DNA of 64,000 nt from an uncultured Pelagibacteraceae bacterium (GTDB taxonomy: Bacteria; Pseudomonadota; Alphaproteobacteria; Pelagibacterales; Pelagibacteraceae): positions 20,221-84,220 of the forward strand of contig CACKQM010000003.1 in assembly GCA_902602295.1 (NCBI GenBank), written 5' to 3'. Positions 44,015-54,740 of this stretch are shown piece after piece. Below the pieces are notes generated by a model that saw only the letters and a list, made by a program, of their open reading frames with translations, made no database searches and was not told the DNA's origin. Within the stretch, counting starts at the first letter, position 1, and each line of letters starts with the position of its first letter. The translations under genes were made by a program, and so were the position numbers.

Positions 44015-44593
44015 TTAATAAATTTTTGTCTTAGTTTCTTCTTTATTTATCAATCTTTTAATATTTTCTCTGTGAGTAAAAAAAATCAAGATAAACATGA
44101 TCGTAAAAAAAATTGCCTGATTAAACTGAATAGAAATTAATAGATAGATTGGTATAGATATTGAAGCTACTAAAGATGATAGAGATGAAAATTTAGAAAT
44201 AAAAAAAGTTACAAACCAACATATAGAAAATATAATTCCAAAATATAAATTTATAGCAAATAAAATACCGACATAGGTAGCAACGCCTTTGCCACCTTTA
44301 AACTTAAGCCAAATTGGAAATACATGACCTAAAAAGGCACATAAAGATGCAATATATAAAAAATCTTGGTAGAAAATTTTTACATAAATAACTGGAATGA
44401 TTGCTTTTAAAATATCTAATGCTAATGTGAAATAACCAATACTTTTGTTACCAGTTCTTAAAGCATTAGTAGCTCCAATATTACCAGATCCGATTTCTCT
44501 TATATCTTTTTTTAAAAATATCTTTGTAAGTATATATCCAAAAGGTATCGAGCCCATGAGGTATGAAATGATACCTATCAAAAAAATATCCAT
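44015..44593 (-). CDS. plsY: Glycerol-3-phosphate acyltransferase PlsY
   Basis: GSIPFG, GSGNIGATN, FKGGKGVAT, HRENIKRL. Confidence 0.97.
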   Translation of the reverse strand: MDIFLIGIISYLMGSIPFGYILTKIFLKKDIREIGSGNIGATNALRTGNKSIGYFTLALDILKAIIPVIYVKIFYQDFLYIASLCAFLGHVFPIWLKFKGGKGVATYVGILFAINLYFGIIFSICWFVTFFISKFSSLSSLVASISIPIYLLISIQFNQAIFFTIMFILIFFTHRENIKRLINKEETKTKIY

Positions 44594-44594
44594 A

Positions 44595-45881
44595 CTAAAG
44601 CTTAAATAATTCTTTTCCTTTTACAAATGTATTCGTAACCTTACCTTGGAGTTTTTTGTCTTCAATTGAGGTATTTTTTGATTTTGAAACCAATTTTTCT
44701 TTTTTTACAATCCATGGTTTACTTATATCTACAACACAAAAATCTGCATCATTGCCAATGGAGAGGTTACCTTTATCTATTTTGAGAATTTTTGCAGGAT
44801 TTGAAGTAAGCGCTTTAATTAATGTTTCTAATTTTAAAGATCCATTGTGATATAACTCTAAACTTAAAGATAATAGAGTTTCTATACCTGATGCGCCTGT
44901 TGCAGCTTGAGAAAATGTTAATCTCTTTGACTCTTCATCTTCAGGTTTGTGATCTGAAACAATCACATCTATTAATCCATCCTTTAATCCTTCCACTAGA
45001 GCAATTCTATCTTCCTCACGCCTCAAAGGTGGAGATAGTTTTAAAAAAGTTCTAAAATCACCAATATCATTTTCATTTAAAGAGAGATTATTTATCGAAA
45101 CACCGGATGTGAATTTTACAATTTCTTTCCTATGTTTGATCACTTCAATAGATTTTTGCGATGATAATTGTGAAATATGATATCTGCATTTTACTTTTTC
45201 AAGTAAAGTAAGATCTCTTTCAATCAAAATTCTTTCTGCGATCTCAGGAATACCTGATAATCCTAATTTAGATGCGATAATGCCTGAATTTATCATCCCA
45301 TTTTTTGCAAGTTCATAATCTTCTGCGTGTTGCATTATTAAACAGCCAATATCTTTTGCAGAATTCATTATCCGAGACATTAATCTGGGATTTTGAATAG
45401 TTTTAATACCATCAGTAAATGCTATTATACCTTTACTTTGCAGAAGACCAAATTCTGTCATATTGCTTCCTTCAATATTTTTTGTAAGTGATGCACACGG
45501 AAAAATGTTTATTCGAGATTTATCTCTTCCTCTTCTTTTTAGAAAATCGACTATAGATACGTTGTCTATTATCGGATCAGTATTTGGCATTGTTACCACA
45601 GAAGTTACGCCACCAGCTAAAGCAGCATTACTTAAGGTTCTAAAATTTTCTTTATATTCATAGCCTGGTTCACCTACAAATACTCTCATGTCAACTAAAC
45701 CTGGAAATATATATTTCCCCTTTAAGTCAATTGGTTTTTCTCTAGTAGGAAGATTATTTGTATTAACCTTTTTTCCTACCGCTTCTATTTTTCCTTCTTC
45801 AGAGATTATAAGACCACCTGTCTCGTTAATTGAATTATGTGGGTCAATTATATTTGCGTTTATAAAATATTGTTTTTTCAT
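44595..45881 (-). CDS. pyrC: Dihydroorotase homolog, probably the non-catalytic PyrC' type
   Basis: PGLVD, GGVT, MPNT, PPLR, SDH..; the metal-binding HxH is replaced by RVF; adjacent to pyrB. Confidence 0.85.
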   Translation of the reverse strand: MKKQYFINANIIDPHNSINETGGLIISEEGKIEAVGKKVNTNNLPTREKPIDLKGKYIFPGLVDMRVFVGEPGYEYKENFRTLSNAALAGGVTSVVTMPNTDPIIDNVSIVDFLKRRGRDKSRINIFPCASLTKNIEGSNMTEFGLLQSKGIIAFTDGIKTIQNPRLMSRIMNSAKDIGCLIMQHAEDYELAKNGMINSGIIASKLGLSGIPEIAERILIERDLTLLEKVKCRYHISQLSSQKSIEVIKHRKEIVKFTSGVSINNLSLNENDIGDFRTFLKLSPPLRREEDRIALVEGLKDGLIDVIVSDHKPEDEESKRLTFSQAATGASGIETLLSLSLELYHNGSLKLETLIKALTSNPAKILKIDKGNLSIGNDADFCVVDISKPWIVKKEKLVSKSKNTSIEDKKLQGKVTNTFVKGKELFKL

Positions 45882-46823
45882 TTAAGTACAAAAAATCTTT
45901 AAACAGGCCATTCTTACTGCAACTCCTAGTTCTACTTGTTCTTTAATTACGCTTTTATTGATATCATCAGCTAAATTAGTATCTATCTCAATACCTCTAT
46001 TCATTGGACCTGGGTGCATGATTAATGCATCAGCTTTTGCATGTTCTAATTTATCTGGTGTAAGGCCATAATATTCATAATACTCTCTGTTAGATGAGAG
46101 ATAAGAACTTGTCATTCTTTCATTTTGTAATCTTAACATCATTACAATATCACAATCTTTTAATCCTTTTTTCATATCGGTGAATGTATTGACACCAAAT
46201 TTTTCTATTTCCTTCGGCATCAAATTTGTGGGAGCAATTATATTTACTTCTGCTCCTAACATATTCAGTAAATAAATATTAGATCGTGCAACTCTTGAAT
46301 GTAGGATATCTCCACAGATGGCAATTCTTAAACCTTCAATTTTTTTTTTTCGATTTATAATTGTCAGAGCATCCAATAAAGCTTGAGTAGGGTGCTCTCT
46401 TCTTCCATCTCCAGCATTTAAAACTGCACAATTAACTTTTTGAGAAAGTAGATTACATGCGCCAGAGTCTTGGTGTCTTATTACAATAATGTCAGGATGC
46501 ATAGCATTTAGTGTCATTGCTGTATCAATAAGAGTTTCACCTTTTTTAATTGCAGAATTACTTATATTCATTGACATCACATCAGCTCCAAGTCTTTTTC
46601 CTGCTAATTCAAATGAACTTTGCGTTCTTGTTGAGGGCTCAAAAAATAAATTGATCTGTGTTTTTCCTCTTAGTGCATCAATTTTTTTATTTTTGCTTTG
46701 GTTTACTTTTATAAAATCGTGAGCTTCATCAAGTATAAGATTAACATCATTTATAGATAAATCTTGGATACCTAACAGATGTTTTTGGGAAATTTTAATA
46801 GCTTTATTTGTTTTAATTGCCAT
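45882..46823 (-). CDS. pyrB: Aspartate carbamoyltransferase catalytic subunit
   Basis: [22 protein letters not shown]; start set at MAIKT (46823). Confidence 0.97.
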   Translation of the reverse strand: MAIKTNKAIKISQKHLLGIQDLSINDVNLILDEAHDFIKVNQSKNKKIDALRGKTQINLFFEPSTRTQSSFELAGKRLGADVMSMNISNSAIKKGETLIDTAMTLNAMHPDIIVIRHQDSGACNLLSQKVNCAVLNAGDGRREHPTQALLDALTIINRKKKIEGLRIAICGDILHSRVARSNIYLLNMLGAEVNIIAPTNLMPKEIEKFGVNTFTDMKKGLKDCDIVMMLRLQNERMTSSYLSSNREYYEYYGLTPDKLEHAKADALIMHPGPMNRGIEIDTNLADDINKSVIKEQVELGVAVRMACLKIFCT

Positions 46824-46865
46824 TAAAACCAACTCTATAGCTATAAAGTTGTATAATAGCAAGTA

Positions 46866-47321
46866 TTAATTGTTCAAAAAATCTATTGCTCCTTGCAAAA
46901 TAAAGGCAGCAGCATTTTCATCAATTTTTTTTTCTCTTTTACTCACATTAACATCTAATTGACTGGAAAGATTAAATGCACCAACAGTTGATAGTCTCTC
47001 ATCCCATAAACAAATTGGAATATCAATGTTTTTTTCAATATACGTAGAAACATCTTTTACTGATTGAGAAGATTTGCCAGAAGAGCCATCCATATTTAAG
47101 GGGTTCCCTATTATGATTCCCTTTATGTTGTTTTCGATGATTATTGATTTAAGTTGATCTATGAGGTTTTGAGAGGATTTTTTTTCTATAGTTATAAATG
47201 GTGTGGCAATTAATTGTTTTTCGTCACAAATTGAAACTCCTATTCTTTTTGAACCAAGGTCTAAGCCTATCAATCTGCACTTATCTAAGTGATTTTTTTT
47301 AAATTCCTCTAACGTGATCAT
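46866..47321 (-). CDS. yqgF: YqgF/RuvX pre-16S rRNA nuclease
   Basis: GLDLGSKRIG, GNPLNMDG, WDERLST, AAFILQG. Confidence 0.94.
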   Translation of the reverse strand: MITLEEFKKNHLDKCRLIGLDLGSKRIGVSICDEKQLIATPFITIEKKSSQNLIDQLKSIIIENNIKGIIIGNPLNMDGSSGKSSQSVKDVSTYIEKNIDIPICLWDERLSTVGAFNLSSQLDVNVSKREKKIDENAAAFILQGAIDFLNN

Positions 47322-47371
47322 ATTGTATATTTTTAACTTAAATGATAGTTTGCGTCATACCTAAATAGCAT

Positions 47372-47659
47372 ATGAGTATAGATCTTAAAACAATAAAACA
47401 TATATCTAAATTATCAAGAATTTCTGTTGATGAAAAAAGGGCAGAAAAATTAGCTGATGATTTGAATTCAATTTTTGAATTTATTGAAAAGCTCAATGAA
47501 TTAAAAACAGATGATGTAAAACCATTAACGTCAATAGCCGAAACAACTTTAAAATTCAGATCTGATGAGATCAAAAGTAAAAATATTAGAGAACAAATAA
47601 TTAAAAACTCTCCTGAAGATAATGAGGATTATTTTGTTGTACCAAAGGTAATTGAATAA
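47372..47659 (+). CDS. gatC: Asp/Glu-tRNA amidotransferase subunit C
   Basis: LSRI, R.D, FVVPKVIE. Confidence 0.95.
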   Translation: MSIDLKTIKHISKLSRISVDEKRAEKLADDLNSIFEFIEKLNELKTDDVKPLTSIAETTLKFRSDEIKSKNIREQIIKNSPEDNEDYFVVPKVIE

Positions 47660-49116
47660 TGTCAGACATTACAAAACAATCTTTAACAGAATTAGTAGAG
47701 AATATTAAAAATAAGAAACTTTCTTCAACAGATGTGACCAAAGCATTTATTCAAAGGTCTGAAAAGTCTAGTGAGTTAAATGCTTATATCACAGATGATT
47801 TTGCACCTGCTTTAGATAAAGCAAAAAAATTTGATCAGAACCCAAATTTAGATTTAAAATTACCTGGTATACCTATGGCAGTTAAGGATTTATTCTGTAC
47901 AAAAAATGTTAAAACAACTGCTGGTAGTAAAATTTTAAATAATTTTGTACCAACTTATGAGTCTACAGTTACTGAAAATATTTGGAATGAAGGTGCAATA
48001 CTTCTGGGTAAATTAAATTGTGATGAGTTTGCAATGGGTTCATCTAATGAGACAAGTCATTTTGGAAACGTACAAAATCCTATTGATAAGAATTTAGTCC
48101 CTGGTGGTTCATCGGGTGGTTCAGCATCAGCAGTTGCTGGACAATTAACTCCAATCACAATTGGTACTGATACTGGAGGATCAATTAGACAGCCAGCTTC
48201 ATTTACTGGAATTGTAGGTTTAAAACCAACATATGGAAGTTGCTCACGATATGGGATAGTTGCTTTTGCTTCCTCATTAGATCAGGCAGGACCAATGGCC
48301 CAAAATGTAAAAGATTGTGCTTTATTGCAAGAAGTAATCAGTACATATGATTCAAAAGATTCTACTTCAATTAATTTTAAAAGAAATCATTATAGCAAGG
48401 AACTTACAAAAAATATAAAAGGAAAAAAAATTGGAATTCCAAAAGAATACAGAGTTGATGGTATGCCTAAAGAAATAGAGGACCTTTGGCAAAAAGGTAT
48501 TCAGTACGTAAAAGATTGTGGTGCTGAAACAATCGACATATCACTTCCACATACAAGTTATGCTTTACCAACGTATTATATTGTTGCTCCAGCAGAGGCA
48601 TCTTCTAATTTAGCAAGATATGATGGTGTAAAGTATGGATACAGAGCCAAAGGTGAAAATTTAATTGATATGTATGAAAAAACTAGATCTGAAGGCTTTG
48701 GTGCAGAAGTTCAAAGAAGAATTATGATTGGAACTTATGTATTATCATCTGGTTATTATGATGCATACTATCTTAAAGCTCAAAAAGTGAGAAAACTAAT
48801 CAAAAATGATTTTGATGAAGCATATAAGAAAGTTGATGCAATTTTAACTCCATCAACACCTAGCTCAGCTTTTAAAATAGGTGAAAAAACAAATGATCCA
48901 GTTTCGATGTATTTAAATGATATATTTACAGTACCAGTTAATTTGGCAGGCCTGCCTGGTATATCAATTCCTGCAGGACACGATACTAAAGGTTATCCTC
49001 TGGGTTTACAAATAATCGGTAAAGCTTTTGATGAACAAAATATATTAAACATAGCTTTTGCTATGGAGGAGAAAATAAATTTTAAAAACAAAATCACTGA
49101 TTGGTGGATTAAATGA
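47659..49116 (+). CDS. gatA: Asp/Glu-tRNA amidotransferase subunit A
   Basis: [29 protein letters not shown]. Confidence 0.98.
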   Translation: MSDITKQSLTELVENIKNKKLSSTDVTKAFIQRSEKSSELNAYITDDFAPALDKAKKFDQNPNLDLKLPGIPMAVKDLFCTKNVKTTAGSKILNNFVPTYESTVTENIWNEGAILLGKLNCDEFAMGSSNETSHFGNVQNPIDKNLVPGGSSGGSASAVAGQLTPITIGTDTGGSIRQPASFTGIVGLKPTYGSCSRYGIVAFASSLDQAGPMAQNVKDCALLQEVISTYDSKDSTSINFKRNHYSKELTKNIKGKKIGIPKEYRVDGMPKEIEDLWQKGIQYVKDCGAETIDISLPHTSYALPTYYIVAPAEASSNLARYDGVKYGYRAKGENLIDMYEKTRSEGFGAEVQRRIMIGTYVLSSGYYDAYYLKAQKVRKLIKNDFDEAYKKVDAILTPSTPSSAFKIGEKTNDPVSMYLNDIFTVPVNLAGLPGISIPAGHDTKGYPLGLQIIGKAFDEQNILNIAFAMEEKINFKNKITDWWIK

Positions 49117-50588
49117 ATAAGAAAAACACAGAATATTTGATTAATCGGAAAGATAATCAATATGAAGTTGTAATTGGATTAGAGGTACATGCTCAAGTAT
49201 TATCTGAGTCAAAACTATTTTCTTCCTCATCAACTAAATTTGGTGCTGAACCAAATACACAAGTAAGTTTAGTTGACGCTGCGTTTCCAGGAATGCTACC
49301 TGTAATAAATGAATTTTGTATTAAACAAGCTATTAAAACTGGCATTGGTCTTAATGCAAAAATTAATAAACGCTCTGTATTTGATAGAAAAAATTATTTT
49401 TATGCTGATTTACCTCAGGGATATCAAATATCACAATTTAAAGATCCAATAGTAGGTGAGGGCAAAGTTATTTTGGATATGCCTAATGGTCAAAAAGAAG
49501 TAGGTATAGAAAGATTACATCTAGAACAAGATGCTGGAAAAAGTATTCATGATCTTGACCCACAAAATACTTTTGTAGATTTAAATAGATCAGGGGTAGC
49601 TTTAATGGAAATAGTGAGCAAACCTGATTTAAGATCCCCAGATGAGGTTAATGCTTACATTAAAAAATTACGATCTATAATGAGGTACCTAGGAACTTGT
49701 GACGGAAATATGCAAGAAGGCTCTTTAAGAGCGGATGTGAATGTTTCTGTAAGACCTAAAGGGTCAAAAGAATTTGGCACTCGATGTGAAATTAAAAATG
49801 TTAATTCAATTAAGTTTATGCAAATGGCAATAGAATATGAGGCTAATCGGCAAGTTGATTTAATAGAAGAGGGCAAAACTATTGATCAAGAAACCAGACT
49901 TTTTGATACGAAGAAAAATGAGACAAGATCAATGAGATCAAAAGAAGATGCTCATGATTACAGATATTTTCCTGATCCTGATTTATTACCTTTAGAGGTA
50001 TCGGAAAAATTTATTGAAGAACTTAAAAATGATATTCCAGAGCTTCCAGATGATAAAAAGAAAAGATTTATTGAAGAGTTTAAATTGTCTCCCTATGAAG
50101 CCAATATTTTAGTGTCTGATATTGATATTGCAAAATACTTTGAAGAAGTTGTAGCTAAAATGGGCAAGAACAAAGATATTAAGTTAGCAGTCAATTGGAT
50201 TACAGGAGAACTATTTGCTATTTTAAATAGCAAAGGTTTAGAAATTTCTCAAAGTCCAGTGAGTGCCAAGAACTTCGCCATATTGATAAATCTAATTAAG
50301 AATGGAACTATTTCTGGAAAAATAGCAAAAACTGTTTTTGAATTAATGATTGATGGAGACAAAGATCCACAAAAAATTGTTGAGGAAAAAGGATTAAAGC
50401 AACAAAGTGATCCAAAAGCTTTAGAAGCTTTAATTGACAAAATAATTAATGAGAACAGAGAAAAAGCTATTGAATATAAACAAGGTAAAGAAAAATTATT
50501 TGGTTTTTTTGTTGGTCAGGCAATGAAAGCATCTGGTGGAAAAGCAAATCCTCAATTGATCAATGAGATCTTGAAGAAAAAATTATAA
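49113..50588 (+). CDS. gatB: Asp/Glu-tRNA amidotransferase subunit B
   Basis: [34 protein letters not shown]. Confidence 0.98.
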   Translation: MNKKNTEYLINRKDNQYEVVIGLEVHAQVLSESKLFSSSSTKFGAEPNTQVSLVDAAFPGMLPVINEFCIKQAIKTGIGLNAKINKRSVFDRKNYFYADLPQGYQISQFKDPIVGEGKVILDMPNGQKEVGIERLHLEQDAGKSIHDLDPQNTFVDLNRSGVALMEIVSKPDLRSPDEVNAYIKKLRSIMRYLGTCDGNMQEGSLRADVNVSVRPKGSKEFGTRCEIKNVNSIKFMQMAIEYEANRQVDLIEEGKTIDQETRLFDTKKNETRSMRSKEDAHDYRYFPDPDLLPLEVSEKFIEELKNDIPELPDDKKKRFIEEFKLSPYEANILVSDIDIAKYFEEVVAKMGKNKDIKLAVNWITGELFAILNSKGLEISQSPVSAKNFAILINLIKNGTISGKIAKTVFELMIDGDKDPQKIVEEKGLKQQSDPKALEALIDKIINENREKAIEYKQGKEKLFGFFVGQAMKASGGKANPQLINEILKKKL

Positions 50589-50592
50589 GGTT

Positions 50593-51243
50593 ATGGGTTC
50601 AGACCTTAATATCACAAAACATTTGCAAGATTACATACTAAAGAATGGTTTGAAACTACATCCAATTCAAAAAGAAATAATAGACTATAATTTATCACTT
50701 GGCGATATTAAAAGAATGCAAATATCTATTTCCCAATGTCAATTTCTACATTTGATTATAAAGATCTCCAAAATTACAAAAGTATTAGAGATAGGAACTT
50801 TTACAGGTTTAAGCACGTTGTCTATGGCTTTAGCATTACCAGATGAGGGTAGTATAATTGCTTTAGATAAAAATGAGGAAACAAATAAAATTGCTCAAAA
50901 TTTTTTTAAAAAAGCTAATCAAAATCACAAAATTAAAACAATAATTAAACCAGCTTTAGAAAGTTTGATGAGTATTAGAAATGAAAAATTTGATTTAGTT
51001 TTTATTGATGCTGATAAAATGAATTACCAAAAATATTATGAAATTTCACTAGATCTATTGAATAAAGAGGGTTTAGTTATTATTGATAATGTTTTATGGC
51101 ATGGAGAAGTTGTTAACAAAGATATTAATGACAAATATACGAAAAGTATTAGAGATTTAAATAATTTAATTTCAAAGGACAAAAGAATTGAAAAGGTCAT
51201 GGTGCCTTTTGGAGATGGAATGACTATCTGTAGGAAGATTTAA
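50593..51243 (+). CDS. SAM-dependent O-methyltransferase (caffeoyl-CoA OMT/TrmR family)
   Basis: VLEIGTFTGLS, FDLVFIDADK, IIDNVLW, GDG. Confidence 0.9.
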   Translation: MGSDLNITKHLQDYILKNGLKLHPIQKEIIDYNLSLGDIKRMQISISQCQFLHLIIKISKITKVLEIGTFTGLSTLSMALALPDEGSIIALDKNEETNKIAQNFFKKANQNHKIKTIIKPALESLMSIRNEKFDLVFIDADKMNYQKYYEISLDLLNKEGLVIIDNVLWHGEVVNKDINDKYTKSIRDLNNLISKDKRIEKVMVPFGDGMTICRKI

Positions 51244-52151
51244 TGTTCACTATATTTGGATTTTATAAATTTAAAAAAATAAATAATTTAAAAAAAAATC
51301 AAAAAATATTGAATAATTTTTTAGTTAATAAAAACATATATGGATCAATTATTATATCAGAAGAGGGTTTAAATGGATCTATATCTGGAAAAAATAAAGA
51401 TATTAAGGCTTCAATTATTAAATTAAAAAAAATTTTTAGTATTAAAGAATTTGATAGTTTCAATAATTCAAAAAGTAAATTTAAACCTTTCCACAAATCT
51501 AAAGTGAAGATTAAAAGAGAAGTCGTTCCAATGGATCTTAAAATCTCAAACAAGATTAAAAAAAAGAATACACATATTGAACCAACGAAGTGGAATGAAT
51601 TAATAAAAGATAAGAAAACTTTTTTATTAGATGCAAGAAAACCTTTTGAGCATAAAGTTGGTTCTTTTAAAAAATCGGTAAATCCAAATATAGACAACTT
51701 TAGAGATTTCCCAAAATACTTAAAAAAGTTAAAAAAAGATCAACCAATAGCAATGTTTTGCACTGGTGGAATTAGATGTGAAAAAGCCTCTGTATTTTTA
51801 GAAAAAAAAGGTTTTAAAAATATTTATCAATTAAAGGGTGGAATTTTGAATTACTTAAAAAAAATCAAACAAAAAAACAGTTTGTGGAAAGGTGAGTGTT
51901 TTGTATTTGACAATAGAGTAACTCTAAAACATGGATTAGTACAAGGAACCTATTCAATTTGCGGCGGATGTAGACAACCAATTTCAACTAAAGATAAAAA
52001 ATCTAAAAGATATGAGGAGGGTGTAACTTGTCCCAATTGTATTGATAAACTTTCAAAAAACCAAAAATCTCGTTTTAGAATGAGACAAAGTCAGATATAC
52101 AAAGCAAAGCAATCTGGAAAAAAATATATTTTTCAAAAAGAATTTAAATAA
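51243..52151 (+). CDS. trhO: Rhodanese-domain tRNA uridine(34) hydroxylase TrhO (YceA/UPF0176)
   Basis: FYKF, EGLNG, K.K.EVV, MFCTGGIRCEKA, GGILNY, W.GECFVFD.R, C-terminal Cys cluster. Confidence 0.88.
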   Translation: MFTIFGFYKFKKINNLKKNQKILNNFLVNKNIYGSIIISEEGLNGSISGKNKDIKASIIKLKKIFSIKEFDSFNNSKSKFKPFHKSKVKIKREVVPMDLKISNKIKKKNTHIEPTKWNELIKDKKTFLLDARKPFEHKVGSFKKSVNPNIDNFRDFPKYLKKLKKDQPIAMFCTGGIRCEKASVFLEKKGFKNIYQLKGGILNYLKKIKQKNSLWKGECFVFDNRVTLKHGLVQGTYSICGGCRQPISTKDKKSKRYEEGVTCPNCIDKLSKNQKSRFRMRQSQIYKAKQSGKKYIFQKEFK

Positions 52152-52159
52152 GGATAATT

Positions 52160-53530
52160 TTGTCTAAATCAATAAAATTAACAAAAGATCCAATTTGGAC
52201 ACTATTGAGAAGAGTTACGATACCTGCAAGTGTAGGCTCATTATTTCAAACATTTTATAATTTAGTTGATACTTGGTTTGCAGGTAGAATCTCTGCAGAA
52301 GCAATAGGTGCAATTGCGAAATCGTTTCCAATATATTTTACCATTATAGCTGTTGGTGTTGGATTAGGTGCTGCAACTAATGCTTTAATTGGTAATTCAA
52401 TCGGTGAAAAAAAAATAAGAGTTGCATCATTATATGTGGCTCAGTCTTTAATCTTTGCAGTATTAGTGTCAATAATTGTTACAATATTTGGTTTAAATGC
52501 ATCAAATTATCTTTTAGGTGTCATGGGCTCTGATGTAGCTGGAATAATTTTAACGAGAGAATATTTAGATATTATTTTCTACGGAACTTTTATTGTATTG
52601 ATACAGATATCTCTAAATGGAACTTTGAATGCTCAAGGTGATACCAGAAGTTATAGAAATGTATTGATATTTAGTTTTTTTCTTAACATTTTTTTAAATC
52701 CTCTTTTTATATGGGGATATGGATTTATCCCAGGATTTGGAATAGCTGGTCTTGCTATTGCTACTGTGATTTCTCAATCAATAGGAACGATCTATTTAGC
52801 TTTTAAGGTTAATAATTGTCAAATAAGGAATTACCTTAAACCTCAATGCTTTATTCCAAAATTTGAATATTTAAAATCATTAACAAATCAAGCTGTACCA
52901 GTAATGTTCAGTATGTTGTTTATTGGTGTAGGTATTTTTAACATCTTATATTTCATAGGTAAATTCGGGGATTTAGCAACAGCTGGTTATGGTGCAGCAT
53001 TAAGAGTAGAGCAAGTTTTTTTATTACCTGTTATTGGTTTAAATACTGCAGTCCTTTCAATCGGAGGACAAAATTTTGGTGCAAAAGCCTATAATAGAAT
53101 AAGAGAGCTTTATACTAAGGCTTTATTTTTTGGAATATCATTTATGACTGTTGCTGGAGTAATAATTTTTTTTGGGGCTGAATTTTTCGTATCTTTATTT
53201 ACTGATAATCAAGAAGCAGTTATGAGTGGAGCTATTTATCTCAAGGTTGCAGCTTTAATTGGACCAATTTATCCAGTCTTCTTTATTACTACAGCAGTAT
53301 TTCAAGCTGTTAAAAAACCTTTGTATAGTCTCTATTTGAGTATTTTAAGATTAACTGCGTTTCCTTTTTTAAGTTTATGGTATGTGATAAATATAAGAGG
53401 TGGTGATTACGAAGATATTTTTTATACTATTATGGTGACTAATTGGGCTATGGGAATTGCTGTTTTAATATTTATTGGTTATTTTCTAAATAATGTATTT
53501 AAACAAAATAAAGCTATTTTTAGTTATTAG
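52160..53530 (+). CDS. MATE family efflux transporter
   Basis: YNLVDT, QGDT, GIAGLAIAT, GQNFGA; ~12 TM; TTG start. Confidence 0.92.
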   Translation: MSKSIKLTKDPIWTLLRRVTIPASVGSLFQTFYNLVDTWFAGRISAEAIGAIAKSFPIYFTIIAVGVGLGAATNALIGNSIGEKKIRVASLYVAQSLIFAVLVSIIVTIFGLNASNYLLGVMGSDVAGIILTREYLDIIFYGTFIVLIQISLNGTLNAQGDTRSYRNVLIFSFFLNIFLNPLFIWGYGFIPGFGIAGLAIATVISQSIGTIYLAFKVNNCQIRNYLKPQCFIPKFEYLKSLTNQAVPVMFSMLFIGVGIFNILYFIGKFGDLATAGYGAALRVEQVFLLPVIGLNTAVLSIGGQNFGAKAYNRIRELYTKALFFGISFMTVAGVIIFFGAEFFVSLFTDNQEAVMSGAIYLKVAALIGPIYPVFFITTAVFQAVKKPLYSLYLSILRLTAFPFLSLWYVINIRGGDYEDIFYTIMVTNWAMGIAVLIFIGYFLNNVFKQNKAIFSY

Positions 53531-53972
53531 TTTTTTCCTATCTTCTTTTTTCTTAACTCTAAAAGATGTTAAGTCATATGAAATTAAAGTTGTTGATGGT
53601 GATACTATACATTTAAATGGAAAAAAAATTAGATTTAGTGGAATTGATACCCCTGAATTAAAACAAACCTGTAGTAAAAATAATCAAATAATTTTTTGTG
53701 GGATTGAAGCAAAAAAATTACTAATTAATATAATAGGAAACAAAGAGGTTGAATGTGTTGAAGAGGGCAAGGATCAGTATAAAAGAATTTTAGCTGAATG
53801 TTTTGTAAATAATATCAGTTTATCAAGTTATTTAGTAAAAGAGGGCTATGCTTTTGCATATAGAAAATACTCAAAGAAATTCGTCCCTGATGAGAACTAT
53901 GCAAGATCAAATAATTTAGGAATGTGGTCAATGAAATTTGAATATCCTTGGGATTGGAGAAAAAAAAATTAA
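53493..53972 (+). CDS. Secreted thermonuclease (SNase-like)
   Basis: Signal/TM segment, VVDGDT, IRFSGIDTPE, DQYKRILA, LVKEGYA, G.W. Confidence 0.9.
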   Translation: MYLNKIKLFLVISFFLSSFFLTLKDVKSYEIKVVDGDTIHLNGKKIRFSGIDTPELKQTCSKNNQIIFCGIEAKKLLINIIGNKEVECVEEGKDQYKRILAECFVNNISLSSYLVKEGYAFAYRKYSKKFVPDENYARSNNLGMWSMKFEYPWDWRKKN

Positions 53973-54700
53973 TCTTTTTGTAATTTTTTCTCTAATTTTC
54001 TAACTAAAAAAGAAACAACCAAAATTAAAATAAGATACTCCAGGATTAAAAATGTATAAATTTCTAGGGGCCGATAAGTTGTCACAACTAATTCGTTTGC
54101 TTTTCTTGTTAAATCTCCAATACCAATAATTGACACAAGTGACGACATTTTAAGAACATAAACGAACTGATTACCTATAGCTGGTAAAATATTCTTTATC
54201 GCTTGAGGTAAGATAACTAAACGTAATTTTCTAAAAAAACTTAATCCCAAAGAACTTCCCGCTTCCCATTGTGATTTTTTAATTGAATTAATTCCTGCTC
54301 TAAATATTTCTGCTTGAAAAGCACTTTCACTAATTGAAAGAGCTATGATACCAGAAACAAAAGGACTAAAACTTATACCTGTCATAATTGGTAAACCATA
54401 ATAAATCCATAAAATCAAAACGAGTAAAGGAATTGCTCTTACAATCTCTACATATCCAATATTGAGATAGGTTAAAAATTTACTCTTAGCTAGTGATGGA
54501 ATAGCAACTAAAAGACCTAGGATAATTGAAATAATTATAGAGACTATACTAATATAGATAGTGGTTGTTAAACCACTTAATAAAAACTTTAAGTTAGTTA
54601 ATCCTTCAATATTGTTTGGAGACAAGATTAACCAATTTAATTCACTTTTACCGCATGAAGTTAATGGGAAAATTAAGAGTAAAAAAAATAAATTTCTCAC
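53969..54700 (-). CDS. Polar amino acid ABC transporter permease
   Basis: YVEIVRAIPLLV, AEIFRAG, QWEAG.SLG, ILPQA; GTG start. Confidence 0.93.
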   Translation of the reverse strand: MRNLFFLLLIFPLTSCGKSELNWLILSPNNIEGLTNLKFLLSGLTTTIYISIVSIIISIILGLLVAIPSLAKSKFLTYLNIGYVEIVRAIPLLVLILWIYYGLPIMTGISFSPFVSGIIALSISESAFQAEIFRAGINSIKKSQWEAGSSLGLSFFRKLRLVILPQAIKNILPAIGNQFVYVLKMSSLVSIIGIGDLTRKANELVVTTYRPLEIYTFLILEYLILILVVSFLVRKLEKKLQKD

Positions 54701-54740
54701 TCTTCAAGTTATAAAGAATTAAAAACTAATTACTAATTTT

